Source: a bacterium
Lineage (GTDB): Bacteria; Planctomycetota; UBA1135; GCA-002686595
Reading direction: 5' to 3'
NCBI GenBank assembly: GCA_030426785.1
Contig: JAUHXY010000001.1
Coordinates: 1-49,783, forward strand
Length of the DNA: 49,783 bases
The stretch's first letter is position 1, and every line of letters begins with the position of its first letter. Position numbers and translations under genes: made by a program. Positions 17,603 to 25,127 of this stretch are shown here, piece by piece. The notes under the pieces are model-generated. The model worked only from the letters and a program-made list of their open reading frames with translations, made no database searches and had not been told where the DNA came from.

Positions 17603-18900
17603 TCGAATCGCCCGATGCTGTCCCCGAGGGCTCCGGCGGCCGTTCGCAGCCGGATTCCCCTTGGCGTGCCCAGATCGAAGCCGTGTTCCGTCGCGAACAC
17701 GCTTCGATCTTGGCCACCCTGGTGCGCCGCTGCGGCGGAGACTTCTTCCAAGCGGAAGACCTGCTCGCCGAAGCGTTTGCGCGAGCGCTGGAGGTTTGGC
17801 CCCGCCAAGGGATGCCCGATCGGCCGGCCGCTTGGATCCAGACCGTGGCCCAGCGCCGCCGGATCGACCAACAGCGCCAACGGGGATCGTCCGAGGAACT
17901 CTCGCCCGACCATTCCGGAGCCAGCGTGTTCCCTTCCGAGCCCGACGAAGCATTTGCCGGCGAAGACGATCGTTTGCGGCTGATCTTCACCTGTTGTCAC
18001 CCGGCGCTCGACCGCGAGGCGCGCGTCGCGTTGACCCTGCAAGCGTTGTGCGGTTTGACGGCGCAGGAGATCGCTCGGGCTTACCTGACGCGCACGACGA
18101 CCATGTCCCAGCGGTTGGTGCGCGCCAAGCGCAAGATCCGCCAAGCGGGCGTGCCCTACCGCGTGCCCACCGGGGAGGAGGTCGCTCCGCGGCTCGCCAC
18201 CGTGTTGCGGGTGCTGTACTTGGTCTTCAACGAAGGCTACAGCGCAACCGAGGGGGACGACCTCCTGCGGCACGAGCTTGCCGAGGAAGCGATCGCCCTG
18301 ACCGGGCAGCTCTGCGAGTGGCTGCCCCAGGAACCGGATGTGCGCGGTTTGCACGCGTTGATGCGGTTGCAGCACGCGCGACGATGGGCGCGCACGACGC
18401 CGGACGGGGATTGGGTGGGTTTGGCCGAGCAAGATCGGTCTTTGTGGGATCGTGCCGCAGTCATCGCAGCGACCGGGGATTTGGAGGAGGTCCTTCGGGA
18501 AGCTCCGCCGGGGCCCTACACCCTGCAGGCGGCCATCGCGGCCGTGCACGCCGAAGCACCACGAGCCGAAGACACCGATTGGGAACAGATCGTGGCCCTG
18601 TACGACCGCCTGCTGCTGGTCGACCCTTCGCCGGTGGTGGAGCTCAACCGCCTCGTCGCCGTGGCGCAACATCGCGGCGCCGAAGAAGCCTTGCGGCAAT
18701 GGGACCAACGCGTCGACGCTTCCGCGCTCGATGGCTACTTGTACTTGCACGCAACCTACGGGGAGTTGCTGGCTCAAGTAGGGCGTTCCGCCGAAGCGCG
18801 CGAGGCCTTTCAAAAGGCCCTCTACCACGCTGAGAACCGCGCCGAACGTCGTTTGTTGCTACGCAAGCTGGCGCAATTGGGGCCGACGGAAGGGGGTTGA
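17560..18900 (+). CDS. ECF sigma factor with long C-terminal TPR-like extension (ECF42-like)
   Basis: Sigma-2 (FRREHASILATLVRRCGGDFFQAEDLLAEAFARAL, PAAWIQTVAQRRRID) and sigma-4 (LTLQALCGLTAQEIARAYLTRTTTMSQRLVRAKRKI) are followed by about 200 aa of helical extension. There is no in-frame ATG near the 5' end. Candidate starts are TTG 17560, TTG 17581 and CTG 17599, all overlapping the YCII 3' end. Confidence 0.85.
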   Translation: MRRSAADLGNGACLIESPDAVPEGSGGRSQPDSPWRAQIEAVFRREHASILATLVRRCGGDFFQAEDLLAEAFARALEVWPRQGMPDRPAAWIQTVAQRRRIDQQRQRGSSEELSPDHSGASVFPSEPDEAFAGEDDRLRLIFTCCHPALDREARVALTLQALCGLTAQEIARAYLTRTTTMSQRLVRAKRKIRQAGVPYRVPTGEEVAPRLATVLRVLYLVFNEGYSATEGDDLLRHELAEEAIALTGQLCEWLPQEPDVRGLHALMRLQHARRWARTTPDGDWVGLAEQDRSLWDRAAVIAATGDLEEVLREAPPGPYTLQAAIAAVHAEAPRAEDTDWEQIVALYDRLLLVDPSPVVELNRLVAVAQHRGAEEALRQWDQRVDASALDGYLYLHATYGELLAQVGRSAEAREAFQKALYHAENRAERRLLLRKLAQLGPTEGG

Positions 18901-18940
18901 GTTCGGCAGGGGAGCGGAAACGCCCTGCGCTCGCTTGCAA

Positions 18941-18959
18941 GCCGCAGAAACGCTGCGGC
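18941..18959. terminator. Short hairpin between convergent genes (possible terminator)
   Basis: GCCGCAG-AAACG-CTGCGGC, a 7-bp stem with no clear U-tract. Confidence 0.3.
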
Positions 18960-19009
18960 CCCGGCGCGGTTTCTGGGTGAGAAGCCTCCTTACGCCCAGC
19001 GATCCGATC

Positions 19010-19414
19010 CTAAAAAGCGTCTTCGGCGAGCCACGTTTCGTGTACGTGTTGCCAGAGCAGATCGGTGCCTCGAATCGAAAAGACGGCGCTGGATAAGCGT
19101 CCGCGCTCCAGGGATTCGGTCGCTTGCCATTCTTGGTAGGTGACGAGGTACACCCCGGAGGCGAGTTCACGCCCCGCGACTTGATCGACCCACAGGCGGA
19201 ACTTCTTGCCGCGCGAGCCGTGGGCCGTTCGCAGCGTTTCCAGCAGCGCGGGGCGCTCGACCGTTTCGCCGGAAGGGGTGATGATCTGAAAACTCGGTGC
19301 CAGGACCTGCGGTAGCCGTTGGAACGCGGCGTCGGTGTTGGGGCTCGAGCCCCGCAGCCATTCCTGAAAGAAGCGGTGGAGCACGGTGACTTCTTCGATG
19401 GCGGCTTGCAGCAT
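19010..19414 (-). CDS. SnoaL-like / DUF4440 (NTF2-fold) protein
   Basis: 134 aa, ATG start. The size and pattern (…FFQEWLRG…LAPSFQIITPSGE…YQEWQ…WQHVHETW) are typical of NTF2-like DUF4440 proteins. Confidence 0.65.
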   Translation of the reverse strand: MLQAAIEEVTVLHRFFQEWLRGSSPNTDAAFQRLPQVLAPSFQIITPSGETVERPALLETLRTAHGSRGKKFRLWVDQVAGRELASGVYLVTYQEWQATESLERGRLSSAVFSIRGTDLLWQHVHETWLAEDAF

Positions 19415-19623
19415 GGCCCCAGCTTAGCGCATGGGGGGCGGGCTGCTGCGCGGACCGATCCCCCTGGCCAACCCGGCTTGGCCAACCCAGCTTGGAATGC
19501 GGACTGGGTATCCGAAAGAGGGCTGAGCGAGGATCCCGGCTCATTCGGGGATCCCGCGCCAGGGCGCGCATAGCTCCCGCCCGGACGACCGGCTACACTG
19601 CCGGTTCACCTCAACCCAGCACC

Positions 19624-20130
19624 ATGACCGAGATCACGATCACCCCCGACATGACCATGGAGGCCATCCTGCAGGTGGCCCCCGCCGCCCAGCGCGCCCT
19701 CTTCCAGCGCTACCACGTTGGCGGTTGCAACGCCTGCGGCTTCCAGCCCGAGGACACTCTGGCCCAGGTGGCCAAGGACCACAACATCCTCGACATCAAG
19801 GACATGATCCAGACGATCATCACCGCGCAGGAGCTGGACAGCAAAAACCAGGTTGAGCCCGACCAGGTGCGAGCTTGGCTGGCGGCGGGCGAGGACTTCT
19901 CTTTCGTGGACGTACGCCTGCCCAACGAGACCGAGGGGGGCGAGGTCGAAGGCGCCGAGCGACTCGACTACAACGACCAGGGCAAGTACATGGGCCTGCC
20001 CAAGGAACGCCGCATCGTCTTCATCTGCCAGGACGGGGGCCGCTCCCTGGATGTGGCCAGCTACTTCATCGGCCACCAATTCACCAACGTGTGGTGTGTG
20101 CGGGGCGGCGTGAACGCCTTCAACGCCTAG
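19624..20130 (+). CDS. DUF1858 (hybrid-cluster-protein-associated redox disulfide domain) fused to a rhodanese domain
   Basis: 168 aa from ATG 19624. N-terminal TPDMTMEAILQVAPAAQRALFQRYHVGGCNACGF (DUF1858-like, CxxC). C-terminal rhodanese with active-site loop FICQDGGRS. Confidence 0.8.
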   Translation: MTEITITPDMTMEAILQVAPAAQRALFQRYHVGGCNACGFQPEDTLAQVAKDHNILDIKDMIQTIITAQELDSKNQVEPDQVRAWLAAGEDFSFVDVRLPNETEGGEVEGAERLDYNDQGKYMGLPKERRIVFICQDGGRSLDVASYFIGHQFTNVWCVRGGVNAFNA

Positions 20131-20288
20131 AAGCGGTGCCAGGACCGCTTCCGGTGGCGCTCGCGCTGCGCCCCCTTGCCGGAACAGAGGGATTGCCGCC
20201 GGAGGGTGTTTGGCCCGCAGTGGTTCTCCGTGTTTGGGGACAGGGGGGAACGATATCGAGAGGGGGGAGAAAATTTACAGATCAATGC

Positions 20289-20302
20289 TTGACTAGTCAT
20301 GT
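20289..20302. promoter_or_regulatory. Candidate MarR operator, copy 1 (TTGACTAGTCATGT; core palindrome TGACTAGTCA)
   Basis: The 10-bp perfect palindrome at 20290-20299 lies 22 nt upstream of the marR ATG. The 14-mer is the exact reverse complement of 20880-20893. It overlaps a -10-like TGTAAT (20300-20305). Confidence 0.5.
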
Positions 20303-20323
20303 AATGGAGCCGAAGGTATTGGC

Positions 20324-20848
20324 ATGGCGACGAAAAAAGCATCCGCTCGGCGCTCCGCGGGGCGACGTGACGTCGGCACGGTGGGGCAGGCCATCCAGCA
20401 GAGCCAACCCTTCCCGTCCGACGGGCAAGAAGCGCTCTTGACCCTCTTGATGACCGCGGAAAAGGTCCATTGGCCCTTTCAGGAGCTCTTTGCCCAGCAT
20501 GATCTGACCGCACAGCAATACAACGTGCTGCGCATCCTGCGCGGGGCGGGCCAGCAAGGCTTGCCCACCTTGGACATCGTCGACCGCATGGTCGAGCGCA
20601 CGCCGGGCATCACGCGCCTGATCGATCGTCTCGTCAAAAAGGGCCTGGTCGAGCGAGAGCGCTCGGAGCAGGACCGGCGTCAGGTTTGGTGCCACATCAC
20701 GCGAGAAGGCTTGCAAATGCTGCGCCGCCTCGACAAGCCGATCGAGGCTCTGGATGCTCACGCCCTCGACCCCCTCAATCGCGAAGAGGTTCGCCAGCTC
20801 ATCCGCCTCCTGGATCGGGTGCGCACCGCGACCTTTTCAAATTCCTAA
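20324..20848 (+). CDS. MarR-family transcriptional regulator
   Basis: 174 aa. Winged-helix region LTAQQYNVLRILRGAGQQGLPTLDIVDRMVERTPGITRLIDRLVKKGLVERERSEQDRRQV. It contains a single Cys (VWCHIT). Confidence 0.9.
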   Translation: MATKKASARRSAGRRDVGTVGQAIQQSQPFPSDGQEALLTLLMTAEKVHWPFQELFAQHDLTAQQYNVLRILRGAGQQGLPTLDIVDRMVERTPGITRLIDRLVKKGLVERERSEQDRRQVWCHITREGLQMLRRLDKPIEALDAHALDPLNREEVRQLIRLLDRVRTATFSNS

Positions 20849-20879
20849 ACCCCCTCAGAACCCCTCTTTTTGGAGTAAA

Positions 20880-20893
20880 ACATGACTAGTCAA
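20880..20893. promoter_or_regulatory. Candidate MarR operator, copy 2 (ACATGACTAGTCAA), overlapping the doxX start codon
   Basis: Exact inverted copy of the 14-mer at 20289-20302. The core palindrome is at 20883-20892. It spans the doxX ATG (20882). Confidence 0.5.
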
Positions 20894-21367
20894 ACGTTGA
20901 CCGTGCCCGCAACTGCCGAGGCCCGCCCTTTCGCCCGCCTGTTGGCCACCGATGCCAGTCTGGCCCCCGTCGCCCTGCGGCTGGTGTTGGCGATCACGAT
21001 GTTCCCCCACGGAGCGCAAAAGCTGCTCGGCTGGTTTGGAGGCTATGGATTCGAAGGATCCATGGGTTTCCTGACCGACACCATCGGCATGCCCTGGTTG
21101 GCGGCTTTCGGAGTGATCCTGGTCGAGTTCTTCGGCCCCATCTTTTTGTTGCTGGGCCTCGGGACGCGCGCTTTCGGCGCCGCCTTTGCGGCCTTGATGG
21201 TAGGCGCGGTCGCGACGGTGCACTGGAGCCACGGCTTCTTCATGAACTGGTCTGGCCAGCAGCAGGGCGAAGGCTTTGAGTACCATCTGCTGGTGATCGC
21301 GATCGGTATTGCGTTGGCCCTCACCGGGGGCGGACGTTGGTCCTTGGATCGCAAACTCAGCGAGTAG
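20882..21367 (+). CDS. DoxX-family membrane protein
   Basis: 161 aa; GGAG lies 5-6 nt upstream. It has the typical DoxX pattern (RLVLAITMFPHGAQKLLGWFGGYG...GG) and four predicted TM helices. Confidence 0.9.
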   Translation: MTSQTLTVPATAEARPFARLLATDASLAPVALRLVLAITMFPHGAQKLLGWFGGYGFEGSMGFLTDTIGMPWLAAFGVILVEFFGPIFLLLGLGTRAFGAAFAALMVGAVATVHWSHGFFMNWSGQQQGEGFEYHLLVIAIGIALALTGGGRWSLDRKLSE

Positions 21368-21369
21368 CG

Positions 21370-22290
21370 ATGCACGCCAATCGCCGGCAATGGATGCAGT
21401 GGGTGAGCGCCGCCGCCGTGGTAGCGGCGAGCGCTCGCTTATCCGGCTGCTCGATCCAACCGGAGGCGGCTCTCGTCATGGAAACCACATCGCCCATCCC
21501 AGCGCGTATGCCCGTGCTTTTCCTAGGCCACGGGACGCCGATGAATGCCATCGAGGACAACCGCTGGAGCCAAGCGTTCCAAGCGCTCGGTGGGACCCTG
21601 CCCCGTCCCAAAGCCATCTTGGCGATCTCGGCCCATTGGTGGACCCAAGGCACCTTCCTGACCGGCAACGCCGCTCCCCGCACGATCCACGACTTCGGCG
21701 GCTTTCCGCAGGAGCTTTTCGAGGTGCAATACCCCTCACCCGGCAGCCCCGATGTAGCCGCGCGGATTCGGACTCTGTTGGCTGCCCAAACCTCGCCACC
21801 GGCCGCCCTGGCCGACGATTGGGGTTTGGACCACGGCACTTGGTCCGTGCTCCGTCACATGGTGCCCGCTGCGGACGTGCCGGTGGTGCAGTTGAGTTTG
21901 GATGGCCGCTTGTCGTCGCGCCAACACTTCGAACTCGCGCGCGCCTTGCAAGCTCTGCGTGAAGAAGGCGTGTTGCTTTTGGGCAGCGGCAACATCACCC
22001 ACAACCTTCGCGATGCGATGGGACGCGCCGCGCGGGGCGAAGCCACCACGCCCGACTGGGCGCTGGCCTTCGACCGCGACGTGGCCCAAGCCATCCTCCA
22101 GCGCGACGGGGATCACCTCGTCGACGCTTGGCCCGACGGCCGCCACGCGCGCCAAGCCCATCCTCACCCCGACCACTGGTTCCCCTTGCTCTACGCCTTC
22201 GCCGCTACCGACGACCGCGACGGGGTGAGCTTCCCCATCGAGGGCTTCGATCTCGGCTCCCTCTCCATGCGCGCCGTGCGGTGGGGGTAG
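21370..22290 (+). CDS. ygiD: LigB-type class III extradiol dioxygenase (YgiD / 4,5-DOPA dioxygenase-like) with N-terminal export signal
   Basis: 306 aa; the ATG lies 2 nt after the doxX stop. Strongly colinear with E. coli YgiD (MPVLFLGHGTPMNAIEDN, LPRPKAILAISAHW, TIHDFGGFPQELF, YPSPGSP, DHGTWSVL, VPVVQLSLD, GSGNITHNLRD). It has an extra N-terminus, MHANRRQWMQWVSAAAVVAASARLSGC (RR motif plus lipobox-like LSGC). Confidence 0.9.
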   Translation: MHANRRQWMQWVSAAAVVAASARLSGCSIQPEAALVMETTSPIPARMPVLFLGHGTPMNAIEDNRWSQAFQALGGTLPRPKAILAISAHWWTQGTFLTGNAAPRTIHDFGGFPQELFEVQYPSPGSPDVAARIRTLLAAQTSPPAALADDWGLDHGTWSVLRHMVPAADVPVVQLSLDGRLSSRQHFELARALQALREEGVLLLGSGNITHNLRDAMGRAARGEATTPDWALAFDRDVAQAILQRDGDHLVDAWPDGRHARQAHPHPDHWFPLLYAFAATDDRDGVSFPIEGFDLGSLSMRAVRWG

Positions 22291-22354
22291 CCGGATCGAA
22301 GGAAGCACTGGTTCATCCCTTGACCCGAGACCGCGCGAAGCGCACCGGATTCCC

Positions 22355-22885
22355 TCACTCCGTCGCTTCGAGCACCTTGACCAGCCCGCGGTGGACTTTG
22401 ACGGTGCGGGTGGCACCGCCATAGGCCAAGGTGATCGTGCCGCCTTGGCGCGGTAGGCCGCGGCGGTCGAAGGTGAGGGTTTGGGATCCGCCCAGGTTGA
22501 GGGTTTCGACCGTCACGCCGCGGAAGACGGCGTCGACATCGTAGTCGCGGCGGAAAGGGCCTTCGCCGATGGGGGCGCTGAGCGGATTGCCGAGCGCGTC
22601 GAAGGCCGTGTAGCCGCCGCCGTCGGGATCGAAGTCCACGCGGCAGTCGGTGTGGCTGAGGATGGCCCACTCGCGCACGTTTTCGAGGTCGCTGGCCAAC
22701 AGGTCGGCGGCCTTTTGCAGCGTGATGCGGGGCTGCGCGAACCACATGGGGATGCCCACCGTTGCGATCGTGGTGATGGCGACCAGCACGATCAAGAGCC
22801 CCAAGAAGCTGACCGAAAACGGCGGCTTCTCAGGGGGTTTTTGGCCCGGGGAGGGCGTGTGCGCTTCTTGGGTGTCGTGGGTCAC
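22355..22885 (-). CDS. GspH/FimT-like pseudopilin with degenerate prepilin leader (orphan)
   Basis: This is only the 3' third of the 551-aa ORF 22355..24010; the rest is antisense to dctP. Putative GTG start at 22885. Hydrophobic N-terminal helix FSVSFLGLLIVLVAITTIATVGIPMW, then a GspH-like body (…AADLLASDLENVREWAI…TLTFDRRGLP…). Confidence 0.5.
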   Translation of the reverse strand: MTHDTQEAHTPSPGQKPPEKPPFSVSFLGLLIVLVAITTIATVGIPMWFAQPRITLQKAADLLASDLENVREWAILSHTDCRVDFDPDGGGYTAFDALGNPLSAPIGEGPFRRDYDVDAVFRGVTVETLNLGGSQTLTFDRRGLPRQGGTITLAYGGATRTVKVHRGLVKVLEATE

Positions 22886-23038
22886 GGTGGGGCGGATCGC
22901 AGCGGGCGCAAGACCTACGCTTCTTTCGGCACCAGGGCAGGGCGAGTGGACGCGGGCTGGGGGATTCCTGACTTGGTAGCATAGCGGGGAGCCTGGATTC
23001 CCAGAACAACGCAGCCCCCGCCCCTCGAGCCGATCCTC

Positions 23039-24157
23039 ATGGAAGAAAGTTCCCACTCTCCGAGCCGACGTCGCCTCCTCAAGACCGGCGCACTCGGGAC
23101 CGCTGCGGGTGCCCTGTGGGCTTGCGATCCGTGCACCGGCAATGTGGGCCCCGCGGTGCAAACCCAGCAGCGTGTGCGCTGGCGCTTGGCGTCGAGTTTT
23201 CCCAGTTCCCTCGACACGATTTACGGCGCGTCGGAAGTGCTGGCCCAGCGCGTCAGCGAGATGACCGACGGCAACTTCTCGATCCGCGTCTACGAGGCGG
23301 GCGAGTTGGTGCCGGGGCTGCAGGTGCTGGACGCCGTGCAGCAAGGCGGGGCCGAGGTGGGGCAGACGGGGGGCTACTACTACACGGGCAAGAGCGAAGC
23401 GCTCGCTTTCGACACCTGTTTGCCTTTCGGCCTCACGCCGCGCCAACAAACCGCCTGGCTGCGCGAGGGCAGTGGCGGGCAATGGATGCGCAAGGCCTAC
23501 GCGGACTTCGGCGTGATCCCGTTCCAAGGCGGCAACACGGGCGTGCAGATGGGCGGCTGGTTCAAGCGCAAGGTGGACAGTCTGGCCGACCTGCGCGGTT
23601 TCAAGATGCGCATCCCGGGCATGGGCGGCAAGGTCATGAACGAGTTGGGCGTGTCCGTGCAGGTCTTGGCGGGCGGGGACATCTACCCGAGTTTGGAACG
23701 CGGCGCGATCGACGCCACCGAGTGGGTCGGACCCTACGACGACGAGAAACTCGGGTTCTACAAGGTCGCGCGGCACTACTACTATCCGGGCTGGTGGGAG
23801 CCCGGTCCGTCCCTGTCGTTCCTGGTCAATCAGGATGCTTGGGCCAAGCTGCCGGTGTCTTACCAGGCCGCCTTCGAAGCCGCTTGCGCCGAAGCCGCGA
23901 TGGTCATGCAGACCCGCTACGACGAGAAGAATCCAGCCGCCTTGCAACGCCTGCTCGACGACGGCGTCGACCTGCAGCCGTTCTCCGAGGACATCCTGCG
24001 CGGCGCACAAGAGGCCTCGGAAGACCTGTTCTCCAGCATCGCTGCCGGGGATGCGACCTACGCCAAAATCCTGGAGGATTGGCGGGCATTCCGGAAGGCC
24101 AGCTTCCGCTGGTTCGGAACCGCTGAGGTCGCTTATTCTCGTTTTGCCATGGGTTGA
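23039..24157 (+). CDS. dctP: TRAP transporter solute-binding protein (DctP family) with Tat signal
   Basis: 372 aa. Tat-type leader SRRRLLKTGALGTAAGALWA. Family-7 SBP pattern (RWRLASSFP…, GGWFKRKV…, PGMGGKVM…, EWVGPYDDEKLGFYKVA…YYYPGWWEP). Confidence 0.9.
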   Translation: MEESSHSPSRRRLLKTGALGTAAGALWACDPCTGNVGPAVQTQQRVRWRLASSFPSSLDTIYGASEVLAQRVSEMTDGNFSIRVYEAGELVPGLQVLDAVQQGGAEVGQTGGYYYTGKSEALAFDTCLPFGLTPRQQTAWLREGSGGQWMRKAYADFGVIPFQGGNTGVQMGGWFKRKVDSLADLRGFKMRIPGMGGKVMNELGVSVQVLAGGDIYPSLERGAIDATEWVGPYDDEKLGFYKVARHYYYPGWWEPGPSLSFLVNQDAWAKLPVSYQAAFEAACAEAAMVMQTRYDEKNPAALQRLLDDGVDLQPFSEDILRGAQEASEDLFSSIAAGDATYAKILEDWRAFRKASFRWFGTAEVAYSRFAMG

Positions 24158-24286
24158 TAAGGGCCCCTTATCGAATCGATCGGCACTTGTGTTTGGACGC
24201 TACGAAACCTATCGAGGACAATCCGTATCCAAGAACGAAGGAAAACCACCCCCGGCATCGGTGCCGGGACCAACCCCAGAAGCACC

Positions 24287-24721
24287 ATGAATATCAACCA
24301 AAACCTGGCCCACTTGCTTGCGGACTACCAAGTCCTGTATCAGAAACTGCGCAACTACCACTGGAACGTGACCGGACCGCTGTTTTTCGGTCTGCACGAG
24401 AAGTTTGAGGAGCTCTACAACGATGCCGCCCTCAAGGTGGATGAGCTGGCCGAGATGATCTCATCCAACGGCGAGCGTCCGCCCTCGACCCTGGCCAAGC
24501 ACCTGGAGCTGGCCCGCCTCAAAGAAGACACGCAAACGCCCGAGGCCAACGAGATGGTCGCCAACATCCTGGCGGACTACGAAACCATCAACAAGGACCT
24601 GCGTGCCCTGTCCGAAAAGGCGGCCGAAGGCAACATGGTGAAGGTAGCCAACATGGCCGACGAGTTTGCGGATGCCCAGGACAAGACCGCTTGGATGTTG
24701 CGGGCTTTCCTCGGCGCGTAG
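24287..24721 (+). CDS. dps: Dps-family DNA-binding ferritin-like protein
   Basis: 144 aa. LADYQVLYQKLRNYHWNVTGPLFFGLHEKFEELY...DELAE is the canonical Dps ferroxidase-site region. Confidence 0.9.
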   Translation: MNINQNLAHLLADYQVLYQKLRNYHWNVTGPLFFGLHEKFEELYNDAALKVDELAEMISSNGERPPSTLAKHLELARLKEDTQTPEANEMVANILADYETINKDLRALSEKAAEGNMVKVANMADEFADAQDKTAWMLRAFLGA

Positions 24722-24753
24722 TCCAAACCGCTCGACCCATCCCCATTCCAGGT

Positions 24754-24786
24754 CCCCGAGCTGCGCTCGGGGGCCTGTTTTTTTTG
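24754..24786 (+). terminator. Rho-independent terminator after dps
   Basis: CCCCGAG-CTGCG-CTCGGGG stem-loop (24754-24772), followed by GCCTG and T8 (24778-24785). Confidence 0.75.
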
Positions 24787-24854
24787 GGTCTTCGGTCGAA
24801 TGGCGAGGCTGGATGGGCGTATCACTCACCTTCCCTCTCACTCAGGAGTACACC

Positions 24855-25118
24855 ATGGGCTGGTTACGCACCATTTTCTTAGGCGACATCGGCAATCGCC
24901 TCGACATCCAGGACACCGAGGACAGCATTCATCAACTGCGCGAGGAATTGCGCGAGTCGCGGTACGGCGCTCGCAGCCTGGAGGAACGTGTGGCGCAGTT
25001 GGAGCGCGACAACGAGCAGGTCGAACTGTTCGTGTCCGTGTTGCTCAAGCGTCTGCGCACGAAAGGCGTGCTGACGACGGGGGAGATTCAGGAGATGGCG
25101 CGCATCGTGGAGGACTGA
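24855..25118 (+). CDS. Small coiled-coil protein (87 aa), unknown function
   Basis: ATG 24855, preceded by AGGAG (24844-24848). Heptad-like, charged sequence (IHQLREELRESRYGARSLEERVAQLERDNEQVELF). No family recognised. Confidence 0.55.
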   Translation: MGWLRTIFLGDIGNRLDIQDTEDSIHQLREELRESRYGARSLEERVAQLERDNEQVELFVSVLLKRLRTKGVLTTGEIQEMARIVED

Positions 25119-25127
25119 GTCCGATCC

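Noticed and set aside
16397-17953. 518-aa minus-strand ORF, plus overlapping ORFs 17488..18828 (-) and 17556..18833 (+)
   Set aside because: They are antisense or alternative frames of the UPF0316, YCII and ECF sigma genes, which all have strong family signatures. These ORFs are Arg/Pro/Gly-rich with no motifs.
20130-20151. Hairpin GAAGCGGT-GCCAGG-ACCGCTTC directly after the rhodanese-fusion stop
   Set aside because: It has an 8-bp stem but no U-tract. It might be a terminator separating the rhodanese gene from marR, but the evidence is too weak to annotate. It is mentioned as a caveat in the module finding.
22886-24010. N-terminal two thirds of the 551-aa minus-strand ORF 22355..24010
   Set aside because: It is antisense to the clearly real dctP gene and has a junk-like composition. 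Only the 3' 176 codons (the GspH-like part) look protein-like, so the feature was truncated to 22355..22885.
24251-24268. Hairpin CCCGGCA-TCGG-TGCCGGG, 19 nt upstream of the dps ATG
   Set aside because: It is short, unaccompanied by other structure or a U-tract, and could arise by chance in GC-rich sequence. I cannot tell whether it regulates dps translation.
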